A stretch of DNA of 64,000 bases from Eledone cirrhosa (lineage: Eukaryota), in the NCBI GenBank assembly GCA_964016885.1, contig OZ024742.1, positions 356,376,001 to 356,440,000 of the forward strand, read 5' to 3'. Shown in pieces: positions 1 through 13,089 of this stretch. The position numbers and the translations under genes are program-made. The notes below the pieces were generated by a model. It was given only the letters and a program-made list of their open reading frames with translations, had not been told where the DNA came from and did no database searches. Positions within the stretch are counted from its first letter, which is position 1; every line of letters starts with the position of its first letter.

Positions 1-18
1 CTGATTCTGATATGTATA

Positions 19-54
<36 letters not shown>

Positions 55-84
55 GTTGTAGTTTGCTTGAAGCATTGTTGAATA

Positions 85-350
85 GAAATACAACTAGGAA
101 AAAAGTTTGGTTATTCAGAAGGTTGACAATACATGTGAAGTAAAAGTGGCAAGGTAAGAATTTGAGAAGATAGAGAAAAATAAAAGAACTGTGATAAAAG
201 AGGGATGGGTGATAGAAAGTTACCTTAGCAACTTTAATGATCACAAATATTTTCAGATTTCTATCAATTATCAAGGAGAATCTGTTGAGGGTGATATCAT
301 CATCATCATGATTGTTTAACGTCTGATGATGGTGAGAGAAACCTGAAAAA
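85..350 (-). mobile_element. Degenerate Penelope-like pLTR fragment (homolog at ~5255-5460)
   Basis: Shares aagtttggttatt...tgacaat and attttc(a/g)gattt...attatcaagg blocks with 5255-5460. A hammerhead-like CTGATGA-t-ggt..acc-t-GAAA sits at 323-348 on the + strand. Confidence 0.4.
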
Positions 351-982
351 GATTATGGGTGGCTGGTCAATTTAATTTGAATGAAAAAAGAAGTTAAAAT
401 GTAATGTTTGCACATGTGTGTAAGGAAAAACGTGAGTATGTGTATGATATATGTGTATGTGTGTATCTTTGTGAGGATCAAATTTTAGGGTAACAGAGTA
501 AAAGGTGTGTGAGTGTAGATGGTCTGCTAGATGGCCACTCAAAGACAGTAAGGAATGTTCATGCTGTTAGCATTAGTAGTGTTGTACTATTCTAGCAAAC
601 AAATGTTCATTAGACCAGGAAGTTGGGATGTTGGTGTAATGTTATAACTTGTCCAACCTAAATATACCATCGTGCCAACATCCACTATCTCTGCTAGCTA
701 GGTTTGCACTACTTTACATAGACCAAGTTAGTAGAGAAGTGGAGCTAATTATCTCCCAGCCACGCCAGGGGTCTGATGTAAAGAGCTATTCAGGGAAGTC
801 AATGACCAACAACCTCTTTTGTACTGATGCCATAACGAAATGCAGCCAGTACACTCTGAATGTTTGTTTCCCTCGTGTAAGACACGTAACTGCCTACTTT
901 AGAATATCTAAAAAGCAAAATAGGAAGATTAGAATTCAGTTGTTTGCAATAACATAGCGGCTACATAAATGCATTCATGAGT

Positions 983-1279
983 TTTATATCAAATAATGAT
1001 AATATTCAATTCGTTTGCAGGCAAACAGCCTCATGTTTTAGATGGCCATCGCCATCCTTTCATTGTAGCGATAATAGAGAGAAACAATTGACAACAAGGT
1101 TGTTTCTAGATTATTGCCATTTGTCAAGATTGTGTATCTCTCTTAATAATCCAGAAACAATATTGTCAATTTTTTTCTGTCACCACTAGCACAAAAGGAA
1201 GGCAATGGTCAACAAAAAAACATAGCGTAATGAGACTGTTTGCTTGCACACATTGAATATTATTATTATTTGATATAAA
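983..1279. mobile_element. Old fold-back (MITE-like) element
   Basis: Three nested degenerate inverted segments: atatcaaataatgataatattcaat..gcaaacagcctcat vs 1229-1277; ~1044-1094 vs ~1163-1210; ttgtttctagattatt / aataatccagaaacaa. Confidence 0.55.
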
Positions 1280-1281
1280 GA

Positions 1282-1710
1282 TGGTGGATTGGAGGTTTTG
1301 GTAGAGCGATGGACGCCATGCTTTAACACATAGAGTTATGGCCCTTGCCATTCTGAGTTCAAATCACGCCAAGGTTAACTTTGCCTTTCATCTTTATGGG
1401 GTCGATAAAATAAAGTACCAGTAATACACTAGGTAATTGCTGGCCTTGTGCCAAAAGTAGAAACAATTATTATTTGATATGAAGTGCGATGGATTGGCAG
1501 TATCGGTAGACGGTCAGACGCCATGCTTTTCAGCATAGAGTTACGGCCCTTTATGATCTGAGTTCAAATCCCGCAGAGGTTAACTTTGTTTTTCATCCTC
1601 ACAGGCTCAATAAAATAAAGTACCAGTCATGCACTGGGGTCGATTTAATCAACTTTCCCCTCCCCCAAAATTGCTGGCCTTGTGCCTATATAAGAAACCA
1701 TTGTTATTGT
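1282..1710 (+). mobile_element. Two tandem tRNA-derived SINEs of a second family (Meta-domain-like)
   Basis: gagttcaaatc B box plus ggttaactttgcctttcatc...gtcgataaaataaagtaccagt. Other copies near 3190-3340, 4075-4265, 4490-4610, 6682-6865, 18090-18200, 33365-33570, 36640-36830, 38294-38410, 51735-51915 and 52555-52775. Confidence 0.8.
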
Positions 1711-2569
1711 TGTTGTTGCAAATTGACACACCTCTTTCGACTCTAAGTAGACCCAGGATCATAGTTATCCTATATCCCCCCACCTTTTCTTTTAAGATGA
1801 TAAATTTGCCTCTAAGAGAGACTTGACTGATGTTTGTAAAAAGGTCAAAGAAACCTGTTTGTTATGACTCCCTTATTATAACTCCCTTTTTGATTCCATA
1901 AAAGTTCAAGTTTAAGGATGGTATTCCAATGTAAAATCAATTGCTCCTTAAAATAGAAATCACACCTGTATTAGCTAAGGAATATAGAAGATACACATAC
2001 ATTTGGGTATTTGTTTTTATAAGTATACATGTGCATTTGTGTTTATTTGTGTGTGCGTGTATGTGAGGTGAACTGTACTTTTAATTTCTTATCACTTTTG
2101 ACTATGCTAACTGGAACTCTATTTATTACATACTGTATCTCCTATCATGGAAATATATAATCATCCATTCTTTTACTATCAACAATGTGGAAATTATCAA
2201 TAAAATCTTACTTTAAAGTGCCATTTGCTGAAAAGTTCAAATTTACACTGAAATAGTTTGACACTGCACTGAAGTTCATCATAGATGGAGTTAAAGACAA
2301 CAGTGAAATTCTGACAACTTTTATTTTGACTTTCACATACGTCTTCAGTTAATAATTACATTTATTCTTCAGTTTTTTTTTTTTTCAATTTCTAAATATT
2401 GATAGATACAAACTCACATAGGTGTTTTAACTTTTTGTAAGTGTACTACTACTTACAAATTGTATATGTAAATGTTCATCATTGTCATCGTCAGCCGTGG
2501 CACCAACCTTTCTTTCCTTATGAGTATATTTTTATTTCTTTTCAATTTCTTTCTTTTTAATTTTATCAT

Positions 2570-3160
2570 TTCCTGACATTGCCTCTGGTGGCTGACACTG
2601 CCAGTTTTTGCAAAGAAAATTTGTCTTTACAGGTCACAGCTGACTGTTACTGGAGGTCATGATTGGAGATGGCAAATTTTCCATCACAGTCTTTTATCCT
2701 TTTCAGTTCTCTGACAATTTTCCTCAAAGTTGTCTGCACCAATGCCACATGGTTCTATTTTCTGTGTGTTGTTTTCACAAGACTCAGGCATATATTCATG
2801 TAACAATACTGTATGAGTACAAATATATCCAGACTGTTAAGATGCTTCTCATCACAATGAGATGGGACACAAGGTATCGATCCCCTCAGAGTGGGTCTCG
2901 AAATCTGATCTCTGATTTTCATCCAGCAAACAAGAAGTTAAGACAGCAACAGTTTCATAAGGAGGAGGAAGAATATCTTGCAAATATTCATCAGCAATAG
3001 ACTGTTCTATGGACTAATCCATTTATATAATGTATATACCACCTGTAGCTTCTGATGAAGTTGTAGGGGTACTGCAGTGATATATTATGTGTGTTGTGTA
3101 TTTTAAACCTGATGGAAGCCATTCCCTCTCCTCCAGCTGATTGTTTTCCAGATGAGGAGA
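2570..3160 (+). pseudogene. Pseudo-exon, dynein AAA4 module
   Basis: The frame of ORF 2659-3000, extended upstream, reads FPDIASGG*HCQFLQRKFVFTGHS*LLLEVMIGDGKFSIT (cf. AAA4 F.DA..H..RI.R.L..P.GHALLVG.GGSGK.SLT). It continues VTILYEYK...LLITMRW...LANIHQQ*. Another frame near 3087-3130 reads CVVYFKPDGSHSL (cf. CTIDWF.PWP..AL). Confidence 0.6.
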
Positions 3161-3456
3161 GAATGCAAGAGAAAGAAAGATAAACAAAAAGAATTGTAAC
3201 AAGTTCTGGGCTGGTACCTTATCATTGATTTCAAAAGTATGAAAGGCAAAGTTGACCTCAGCAGATTTTGAACTCAGAGTACAGTGAGCCAATACAAAAC
3301 GTTCTATCCAGTGTTCTAACAACTCTACCAATTTGCCGTCTGTTTATAAATTAAATATATTGTATTTAAAATAAATATATCGATTATCTTTTCCCTACCT
3401 CTCCCTACTGACAAGCTTTACAGATAGTTAAGTAAAAGTTTAGTAACAATTTTTAG

Positions 3457-3664
3457 AATATGGAACTGCCATTACAAATCTATTATGAATAGGAATTATA
3501 TCCTCATTTGTGCTAACTCTGGAGCAACCAATTAAACTTTCGATCACTATTTTTACAGGGATTGGTAAGCTTTGTACACAAACAACATTTTTTTCAGAAG
3601 AAATTCACATGATACTTTTGGAATATCTAACATTAGATTTTCCAATTTGGATGTCAGCCATACA
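3457..3664 (+). pseudogene. Pseudo-exon, AAA4 lid / start of stalk
   Basis: tttttag acceptor ends 3456 and gtgagt donor starts 3665. Frame reads L*IGIISSFVLTLEQPIKLSITIFTGIGKLCTQTTFFSEEIHMILLEYLTLDFPIWMSAI with one stop (cf. ...IH.S......TP..FL+FL). Confidence 0.5.
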
Positions 3665-4683
3665 GTGAGTAACAAGTGGACAACCCATAGTGTTGTATAT
3701 ATACTAACATTCATGCATACTAATTTATTGTGACCTAAGCACCACAGAGAGTTACATACAGCCATGTGAGCTTTGCAAACATGTTACCATGCTTCATGTC
3801 ATTTTGTTTAGTGATGTGAACAATCTATTGGCTGATCAATACTATTATAACCACTATTTTGTTGAGTTCCTACTATGATAATATAAAGAACTTTTAAGTA
3901 TAATATTGGATTTATAATGATCTTGTTTGCTGGAAGATTCTATAATGCTTTAAGAAGCACGCTGCCTCTATTCTATTGTTTAAATTGTAATTTAAACCTT
4001 CTACTGAAATCTTATTATTACGTGAGAGACAAAATTAAAATTTATATAACTGTCTTTTATTATAAAGTTGAATATTAGGTCAGTGAGGTGACAGCATTGG
4101 TAAGGGTTCAGACAATATGCTTTGTGGTATATGAATATGGATCTTTATGTTCTGATTTCAAATGTTGCAGTGATTAGCTTTGCCTTTCACCCTTACTAGG
4201 GTTGATTTAATTGACTTTTCCCACCTCTCAAATTATTGGCCTTGTGTCTAAATCAGAAACAATTATTAAGTGTGGCTTTTCCAGCACATCTCCCTTGCCG
4301 TCCTCCGCAGAAACACCTTCTCCATTCTGTCCACTGGGGCTGTGAGGAGGCCACCAATATGATTGACTGACTTGTCATTTTATTAGTCAGATGTTGTCTC
4401 TTTAGCTACAGCAAGGCAGGTCAGTATCTTTTAAACGTGTTTACATCTCCACTGAAACTAGAGCGTATGATAATATTAAGTTGGAAATTAGGTTGGTGGA
4501 TTGACTGCATCGTTAGAACAATGGACAATATGCTTTGCAGCATATAGTTACAACCCTTTACATTCTGTGTTCAAATCTCGCCAAGGTTAGCTTTGCTTTT
4601 CATCCTTATATTCTTCTTCAATAGTTATTAGTGTTTATCAGTTATTTTTAAAATAATCATCAGCATGCATGTATGTATGTATG

Positions 4684-4985
4684 TGAAGGTGCATGGCTTA
4701 GTGGTTAGAGCATTGGGCTTGCAATCGAAAGGTTGTGAGTTCAATTCTCGAACCGGGTGATGTGTTATTTTCTTGAGCAAGGCACTTTATCTCACATTGC
4801 TCCAGTTTACTCAGCTGTAGAAATGAGATGATAGGACTGGAGTTCCTATCATTAAATCACCCAAGACACCTCCAACGAGATATACCTTGGAGGAGGCGGC
4901 TAAACCTGCATAGGTGTGAGCTGTCACCTCCATCGAGATATACCTTGGAGGAGGCCAGCTAAACCTGCATAGGTGTGAGCTGTCA
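4684..4985 (+). mobile_element. tRNA/CORE SINE with a different tail (tail duplicated in tandem)
   Basis: Same head and core as 57708-58060; tail cacctcca.cgagatataccttggaggagg...cctgcataggtgtgagctgt occurs twice. Single-tail copy at 51405-51644 (-). Confidence 0.85.
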
Positions 4986-6146
4986 CACACATGTATGTAT
5001 GGATATGATTTATTCTTTTACTGATTTATTTAAATGATTTATTTGATCTCAATGATAACAGAACCTATTACAGTCTCTTACTTATTTTATTAATGTCAAT
5101 TTATTGATTGGCTATATGATCTTGGTAGACACTATGTGCTGGTGCCTCTTAAAATGTATCCTATAAAGCCTGTAAGGTGTTTATGATAGGAAGAGCATCC
5201 AGCTATAGAAACCAATCCAAACAAAGGATCAAGAAAGCTCTTTAACTACAATATAAATACAAACAAGAAACAAGTTTGGTTATTTGGTAGAACTGACAAT
5301 GTGTGTGTGGTAGAACAGCCAAAATAAAGAGAGAAACTAGGAGAAACGAAAAAACACATTGAAGTAAAGTAAAAGAGTGAGGATGAGAGGAGATTTACCT
5401 TTGAAATTCTAAATTATCCCAAGTATTTTCGGATTTACCATCCATTATCAAGGGGAGTCCCTGGGAGTAACCTCAGAGAAAAACCTGAGAAATGTAGTGA
5501 GCAGTTGTTCGATTTATGTTTAGCATCAAGCACACAACAAACGCTCTAGTGTCGGTAACAGGATCAAGCACAACTGGGACTCTCCATAAAGTGGCTGGAG
5601 ATAGGAAGCACATTAGACATTGAAAAGGTGTCAAAACAAAGCGTGGAGTAGACTCTTCAGTTGTGTCAGAGATATGATAACCTCCCTTGTGTTGGTGCCA
5701 TGAAAATACATTTGGGGCTTTTTGTAACACCAATTAAATACTGACCAGGTCTGTAATGACCAGTTCAACCCATGCTAGTAGGGAAAGCTGCTTTTCAATT
5801 ACAATAATAATATATATGCAATAATTTTCAACACAGTTCAGTTTCTAATATATACATACATATATATAAGAGTGACTATGACTAAATGAAGTTAATTCTA
5901 ACTTCTTGACTTATACTTCATGTTTACAAATGTACTCTAGAGTAAAAAGACCCACCTGCACACCTCATTGAGTGTCCTACCATGCATACTGAAGTGTCTG
6001 TGATTAACTAACACAAACTCAAATTAATTAGTATATATATATATATATATATATATACATACATATGAATGTAGTGTGGTAAGGAACCAGGTGGACCATA
6101 ATGCACTAGAGTACTCGAATCTTAGGGTAGTAGAGTGGGTAATAGA

Positions 6147-6246
6147 AAAAGAGTCAGGACCCCGACGGCTGAGCTCCGGCCATTTCGACAGCTAGATCTA
6201 ACTGTCGAAATGGCCGGAGCTCAGCCATTGGGGTCCTGACTCTTTT
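6147..6246. repeat. 100-bp near-perfect palindrome
   Basis: AAAAGAGTCAGGACCCC...GACAG-C-TAGATCTA-A-CTGTC...GGGGTCCTGACTCTTTT with 3 mismatches; single-arm relative at ~39022-39070. Confidence 0.9.
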
Positions 6247-6680
6247 GCAGTGGAATGACAGGGACTCCAGTCCCTATCATCTCATTTCTACAGCTGAGTG
6301 AACTGGAGAAATGTGAAATAAAGTGTCTTGCTCAAGGAAACAGCACATCACCCGGTCTGAGTTCAATTCTCAGACCGGGTGATGTGTTGTTTCCTTGAGC
6401 AAGACACTTTATTTCACATTGCTCCAGTTCACTCAGCTGTAGAAATGAGATGATAGGGACTCGAGTATCACTCATTCCACTGCAAAGTGGTCGTGGAGGT
6501 GCCAATACAAAAAAGCACCCAGCCCACACTGTAAAGTGGATGTGTAGGCACCACAGAAAAAAAAGCACCCAGCACTCACTGTAAATGAGGTTGGTGTTAG
6601 GAAGGGCATCCAGCTGTAGAAAACAAGCCAGAATCAATTCCCATCCCACCCTTGCAAGCAGGGAAAAGCGGACGTAAAAT
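6244..6680 (+). mobile_element. tRNA/CORE SINE with an inverted duplication of its 5' part
   Basis: 6244-6361 is the reverse complement of 6369-6486 (loop ttcaatt); continues to the RTE-type tail at ~6680. Confidence 0.85.
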
Positions 6681-9600
6681 AATTGTTTCTACTTTTGGCA
6701 CAAGGCCAGCAATTATCCCAGTGCATTACTGGTACTTTATTTTATCGACCCCGTAAGGATGAAAGGCAAAGTTAACCTCGGCGGAATTTGAACTCAGAAT
6801 GGCAAGGGCCGTAACTCTATGCGTCAAAGCATGGCGTCCGACTCTCTACCGATACTGCCAATCCACAATGATGATGATATATATATGAGACGAGATTTCC
6901 TTTAGTTTATGTCACCTAAATTCCCATCATAAGTATTTGATCAACCTGACTCTGAAGCAGGAGATACTTGCCCACTGTGCCACACATTTAGATTAAACCC
7001 AGAATATTGTATATTAAATGAATAAAAATCTAATATAAAAATGTATTAAAATGTCTTTCAGAATACAAAATAGAAGCTATTTAATCACTTTTTAACATAA
7101 TTTTTGCTAAAGTATAAATATCATGCTTGATTTACTGTGTTCGTGAAACTGTTGTGTTTAGCATAAAAGGTGTGTGATCAGAGATTGCTAATTAACAAAG
7201 TTGGGTATTTATAAAGAACTACAGACTTTAAAGATGAAAGAATTTTGTTAATCTGGCATGTGATAGTTGAGTTTCCCTGCAATAATCTGGTTTATTTGAT
7301 TATTTGGCATCACTTGTATAGTTTGAGATGCTACTACTGAGCTGCCAAGCGATCTGAAGAACCTTTGTTGTTTGTAATGTCAGCCAGGCATTTGTCCTTG
7401 AAAGCTGGCAATTTTAAGGTGGTGAATACTAGTTAGTATTAATTGATTTGACTAGATGATCAACTTCATAGAAATGAAGGAAAGTTGAATCATGCTGGTC
7501 AATGAACTTGTTCAAGATTATATTTCCTTTATAATTCTATTATTTAGTCTATATCTGCAGCATTTCACTTCACTGCACTAAGACATTCTACTAAAAAACT
7601 ACTAAATAACAACTAAAAAAAAAAGTGACTTTTAATCATCTGAGTTTATCTGTGATTATAACAATTATGACAAATGGAATTTTCTTTCTTACTCATTGTA
7701 CCAAAATATAAGTCCTAAACTAAACTGATTTGTTCAACTTCAATATAACACCACCAGTTCACAATATATTTCTCTTTGTTTTATAAATCCAGTATGAAAC
7801 TCACATAAACATTATACATTCTTTTTTGTTTTTATTTTCGTGTAAAATCTTTCCATTATATAGGTAAGGTCTTCAAGCTACATATTTTCTTACAACTAAC
7901 ACTACTTCACTAAGTTTTCAAATTTTACACGTGTAACATTAGTAAATTTATATAACTTCTAGCATTTTGTCAACTTGAAAATGTAAGAAAAAAAAAGATA
8001 TATAATATTACATAAATTTAATAGACATTCTCAGGTAGAATTAAAATTCATTCTCTGAATCATAGAACCAGACTTATGCCCCACTGTGTGTCAGAATAAA
8101 TCACTTTAAATATTTTTCTTAGATCTATCTTTAACACTTTTCGTAATATTTCTCTTTAACTCTCAGCAGCTAGCTTACACCCCTATAGTGTTAGTTATGG
8201 CAGTAAAATTCTTGAAACTTTATAGTAAATAAGGCTTAACATGTTAGTTTTGGGAGTTAACATTAATATTTAACAATTAACAGCCCATGCTAACAATATA
8301 CTTTACAGCATATAGTTATGGTCCTTTACATTTTGTGTTCAAATCTCGCCAAAATTTGCTTTGTCTTCCATCCTTAGAGCGTTTTTTAACCTTTATTTTT
8401 TAGATAATTATCATCATGTATATTTGGGGAAAATGGACATTAAATGGTGATGATGATGATTGCTAATCATTCAAATAACATTACTTTTCATACATCTGAT
8501 TTAAATTTCTGGCAGCCTAGAACAGTTGGCTGATATTTGCAGGTGATTCATTTCATTTCATGTTGGCATTCCACATTGGCATGATCTAAATATTTTGTTA
8601 TTTGGAATTACTGCCATCTTAGATAGAACATCTCAAGTTTCGCTATGGTTCCTACAGACAGATTCCCTTCCTAACACCAACTATTTAACACAATGTACTG
8701 GGTGTATTTTATTGTGGCATCAGCTATAGAAAAGTTGTATTCTTGACAAGACTACTCTTTACACTAGTTTTTTTCTGCCCAATTATCCACCTTTTTCCAA
8801 AGTGTACTGTATGATTTATTGTTGCTTGCTTCTACATGACAAAAAGAATCCTTTCTATTTTAAATTATCTCTATTCTCAGCAAGGTTTTTGCCAGGTTTT
8901 TGATATGATATTTTGTGATGAAACGAGTATAGTTATATACTTTCCAGTAGGTTTATTATTGAACCTGTAGCAGTGGTGACGTCTATTGATCTGTGTCCAA
9001 AGGCCACCCCTCCACTCACTGCTATCGGTACAGAGAGGGCTACCACAGGAGTGCCTCATGCAAGTTGGAATTACCAGTATATCAATGTGTCTTCCTAACT
9101 ATCATCTGCTCTTTGAGAAATTATATTTATATTTTTAACTGTTGATAATATTGATGTCTAGCTAAATTATTTATATAAATAAACTAAAGCAAAAACGAAA
9201 CCAAACAGTGAGAGTGTTTTACTACTTTTTTGCAATATTAAGACAACATGACCCTCCCCAAATATCTCTATTATTTCAAACCAAAGCTACCCAAGAAGTG
9301 TAAATGTGGCCACATGTAAATGAAGATAGAGTATGAATATCATCATGAAATAGAAACATTATGGAATGTTAAATAAGGAAAAGAAGGTTACAGTGAGAAC
9401 TACATGTTTGTTTGTTGGAGTGAAAGAGGTTGAGCAATATGGCTGTCATGATAGGTGAAAATTGATGTTATACAGCTGCAGAGAAGAGTGATGGTGAGAG
9501 TAATGTATAACAGCAGAAAGTCTAACTGTAAAAAAGTGGGAGTGCTGATGTGAGCATAAAAGGGGAAAACTAGGTGAAGATAGATAATGGTAGCTATAAG

Positions 9601-11399
9601 CTGGTGCTTGGCAGGAGATTGAACAAAAGGGGTCAATTCATTGGGGATGAACAGAGGGGACAGCAAAAAGCTAGATAGCAGCACAACATTTCATTTCTGT
9701 TGTGGTAAGCCCTTCATCTGGGACATTACATATAACAACACTTTCTCTAGTGGCAGCCTGGTGCATTCAGCAAGAGACCTAGATTTTGTTGCCTGACAAG
9801 CTGAAAATTGCAAGCTGTTTAATTGTCTGATGCTTTCTGTTAGTTTTACCATTGAACCTATATCACTGGAGGCATATATTGATCTGGTTCCTAATACTAC
9901 CTCTCTACTCCTACCAGTACAAAGATGGCAACTCATAACTGTGTCCCATGCAAGTTTGATTGGCTACTATTTCAACACGCCTACCTCTAGGCTAATACTT
10001 TCTCCATTCTTTCCACTGGGATTGTCAGACAGCTTATGCCTGGGGTCTGACATGCCCGAGAGCACTCTCCCATATGGTCCAGGTTTGTACCATTGGAGTA
10101 GCAATGGTTTATTATGCTACAATATTTGTCAACACACTCACAAACATATATTTTGCTACTATACATATCTGTTTGTACTTAAACAAGATGTTCTTTTAGA
10201 TTTAGTGAGATGAGCTGTGTAGTGTGGTGTGAGAGCCAGGGTTGTATGACAACAAAGAAATGTACTAGTAAATTGTGAAGGATGTCCCATGGGAAGATAA
10301 TGATGAGGGCTATTGCGTTGGCTATTATATATGGTTGTGGGTGGTTCGTAAATGTCAATGAAAAGTCAAATGATGGAGAAAGAGAATGGTAGTTGGCTGG
10401 AGTAAAGAAGGGGCGATAATCAGAACCTTCATTCATCATATCATCACCTTGATATGAGTTAGATGTAGTGGTTGAGGGTTGGTGGTGAGTGTGAAGTTGA
10501 GTGATATTTGATGATGAGTGATGGTTTGGAGGGATAGAGAGAGAGTTGGATTTATTGTGATGATTGGGGATAGTTTAATAGAAAAGTGGTGAAAGTACGA
10601 AAGGTAGTGATAATGATAATAAGCCTTATGTAGATAATGGGGGATAGAGAGATGTAGAGGAGTGAGGGGCTGGTTGATAATGATAAAGTAGTAGGCAGAA
10701 AGATCTGAAGTGTCTCAAACCAGAAGGCTCATGCTTAGACCAGTGCTTATATCAGATTAATAATGTTAAATGACTGAGAGTACAAGACTCACCCTCATGG
10801 ACATGTTTAAACCCACAGCTATTGCTGGTACTCATGTTCAGCTGAGTATACTGGAGCAATATGAAATTAAGTATTTTGCTCAAGAACACAACATGCAACC
10901 CGGCCTATGACATTATAGTCATAAGTTCAACACCCTGACCACTAAGCCACATGCCTCCACGGAAAGAAAGATGCAGATGAAAATATAAATTTTAGGCCAA
11001 CTGAATCCCCCATTCAATTTTAGTTTCTAGCCAGAGTAAGTAAACAGCGTTTAACTTATACAGTTGTTAATGGCTTGACAAAAGTCATGATACCATAATG
11101 CCTCCTGTTTCTCTTCCTATAAAAACTACTAAACTTTAGATGGGTGAAATCAACAGTTTAAAATAAAAGACATTAATATTTAAATATTAAATGTTGTGGT
11201 ATATCCCCTAAGTGCCTGATCAAGCACACCTATGATCAAAACTTTTTATTTGTGACCATTTTGTTCTTTCCAAGAATATATATGGTTACATTAAGTGTCT
11301 TTCTTGTGTTTAAAATAGTAGTGTTTGAATTGAGGCGATTTGGCTACTGTTTCTTGTATATCAAATAACAACAGAGAACCCTTTTTGTTATATCATAGT

Positions 11400-11810
11400 G
11401 TAGCCCAATCTAAGACTTTCAAACCAATCAATGTATTTGTACAATTACTCAGCTGAATCTAATAAATGCCAAAATTTATGCTACAAACGTAAAATAGGAA
11501 AAACACTTTATTGAATGAAAAGAACAATCCTGGAGATTTATAGTCGCCAAGGATAAAATAAAGTTTCTGTTTTAATAATTAATTTACATAAATATTTTTT
11601 ATAAAGTAATTTTATTCTTGGCGTTCATGATTGATATATTTAGAATTAAAAGTGTTAAGGAAAGTGTCTTCTGCTAAAATTGTCTGGAGCATTTTCCCAA
11701 TAAATGGAAACTACAACTTCCAGTAATTGCAATATTAATTTCAGCCTGAAAAAAAATGACAATTTTCTTCAATTTAAAACTAATTTGATTGATTAGTCCA
11801 ATGAATATTG
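11400..11810 (+). pseudogene. Pseudo-exon(s), stalk / microtubule-binding domain
   Basis: Fragments EQSWRFI (~11522) and LELKVLRKVSSA (~11641-11675; cf. F....V..VS.A). Heavily frameshifted. Confidence 0.35.
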
Positions 11811-13089
11811 ACAATAAAAATATTACTTTTTTAACATTTTCCAGGAATAAATTATCCTGGTTATATAAATCCTTAAATAATTTTCTAATCTCTTCTGAAA
11901 ACGAAAATATAAACAGAAGATACATTTAGAGTTTTAATATAAATCTTGTAATATACAGAATATGATAGATAGACTGGATTTTTCTCCTTGGTCACACACA
12001 ATTTATCTTCTATTCCATTTAATCATTATGTTTGAATGGATATTTCAGTGTAGAGTAGCATTTATTGTTTCATAAATTTCATCTTATTTGTTTTCAGTTA
12101 GTTACAAAATAGAAGTAACATTTATAAAGCACTATATCTGCTTAAGTTTGGAAAAGCTACACAGTAATGCTGTAAAATATATGCTAGATTAGATAGCAAT
12201 ATATATTAAAGAATGTTGACTAAAACAATTGACTTTCAATCAAAGAATAACTGCTGCTTGAGATGGCATTTGAATATATCAAGCAAGCTAGAAATCTAGT
12301 GATCAAAGGGGTATTAAAATATCTTGGAAGATAGAAGGAAATGTAATCTTAAATTCAGTGAGAGAATGTGTAACTCCTTAATAGAAATAAAGCCAAATAT
12401 ATCATGTCATTGTTCAAGTACAAACAGAACAAATGAATGAAACTGACCTAATGTGTGTGTGCATACCAGAAGTCAAATGCTAAAGGTTCATAAGTTTGCA
12501 GAAATTGTACTGAAAAACAATGTTTTTCAGAATTAATTTATACTTATCTATACTCCGCTTTAAATTTATTGAAAATTTCAACACATTTTTCGTCCTTCAT
12601 CATCATTAGCTTCATTTAACATCAGATCTCCATACTAACTAGTGTTGGAAGCGCCTATGTTGACCAAATCAGTACTGAAGTGGGGCTACTGACCTCTTGT
12701 ACAGGCTAATGTGTTTGTATCTTGTTTACATAAGATCAGACATTCTATCGAATGCACAGGAGAAGTTGTTGTGGCATTTGACACAAACTCAAGGTCCTCT
12801 CAACCCCTTGTTTGGCAAGCTTTCTATGGCTGGATTCCCTTCCTAACACTAACCACTTTATGCCATGTACTGGGTGATTTCATCATGTAAATCACCAGAA
12901 CTAGGAAGGTTATCATGTCCTTGACACAACTAAAGAGTTCTCCCAACCCTGTTAAAATTAAATATCAGTTATGTACTCGGGTTGATCAATCCAATATACC
13001 CTTAAGTTTAGAAATGTGTAGCCTAATAGCAAAGTAGGTTGCTTATATTTTTAATTTTTCTTTTTATAGTTATTCGAGTAGTGAGTGAG

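Noticed and set aside
4687-4760. tRNA gene-like sequences (also at ~51570-51644 and ~57990-58060)
   Set aside because: SINE heads: no complete cloverleaf, and they run straight into the CORE domain.
11590-11905. Apparent two terminal exons on the minus strand (EEIRKLFKDLYNQDNLFLENVKK / AEINIAITGSCSFHLLGKCSRQF*) with plausible splice sites and AATAAA
   Set aside because: No recognisable protein, and candidate upstream exons (15659-15735, ~28857-28924, ~31556) do not join into a consistent model. The same bases read as dynein stalk motifs on the + strand. An antisense gene is not excluded without RNA-seq.
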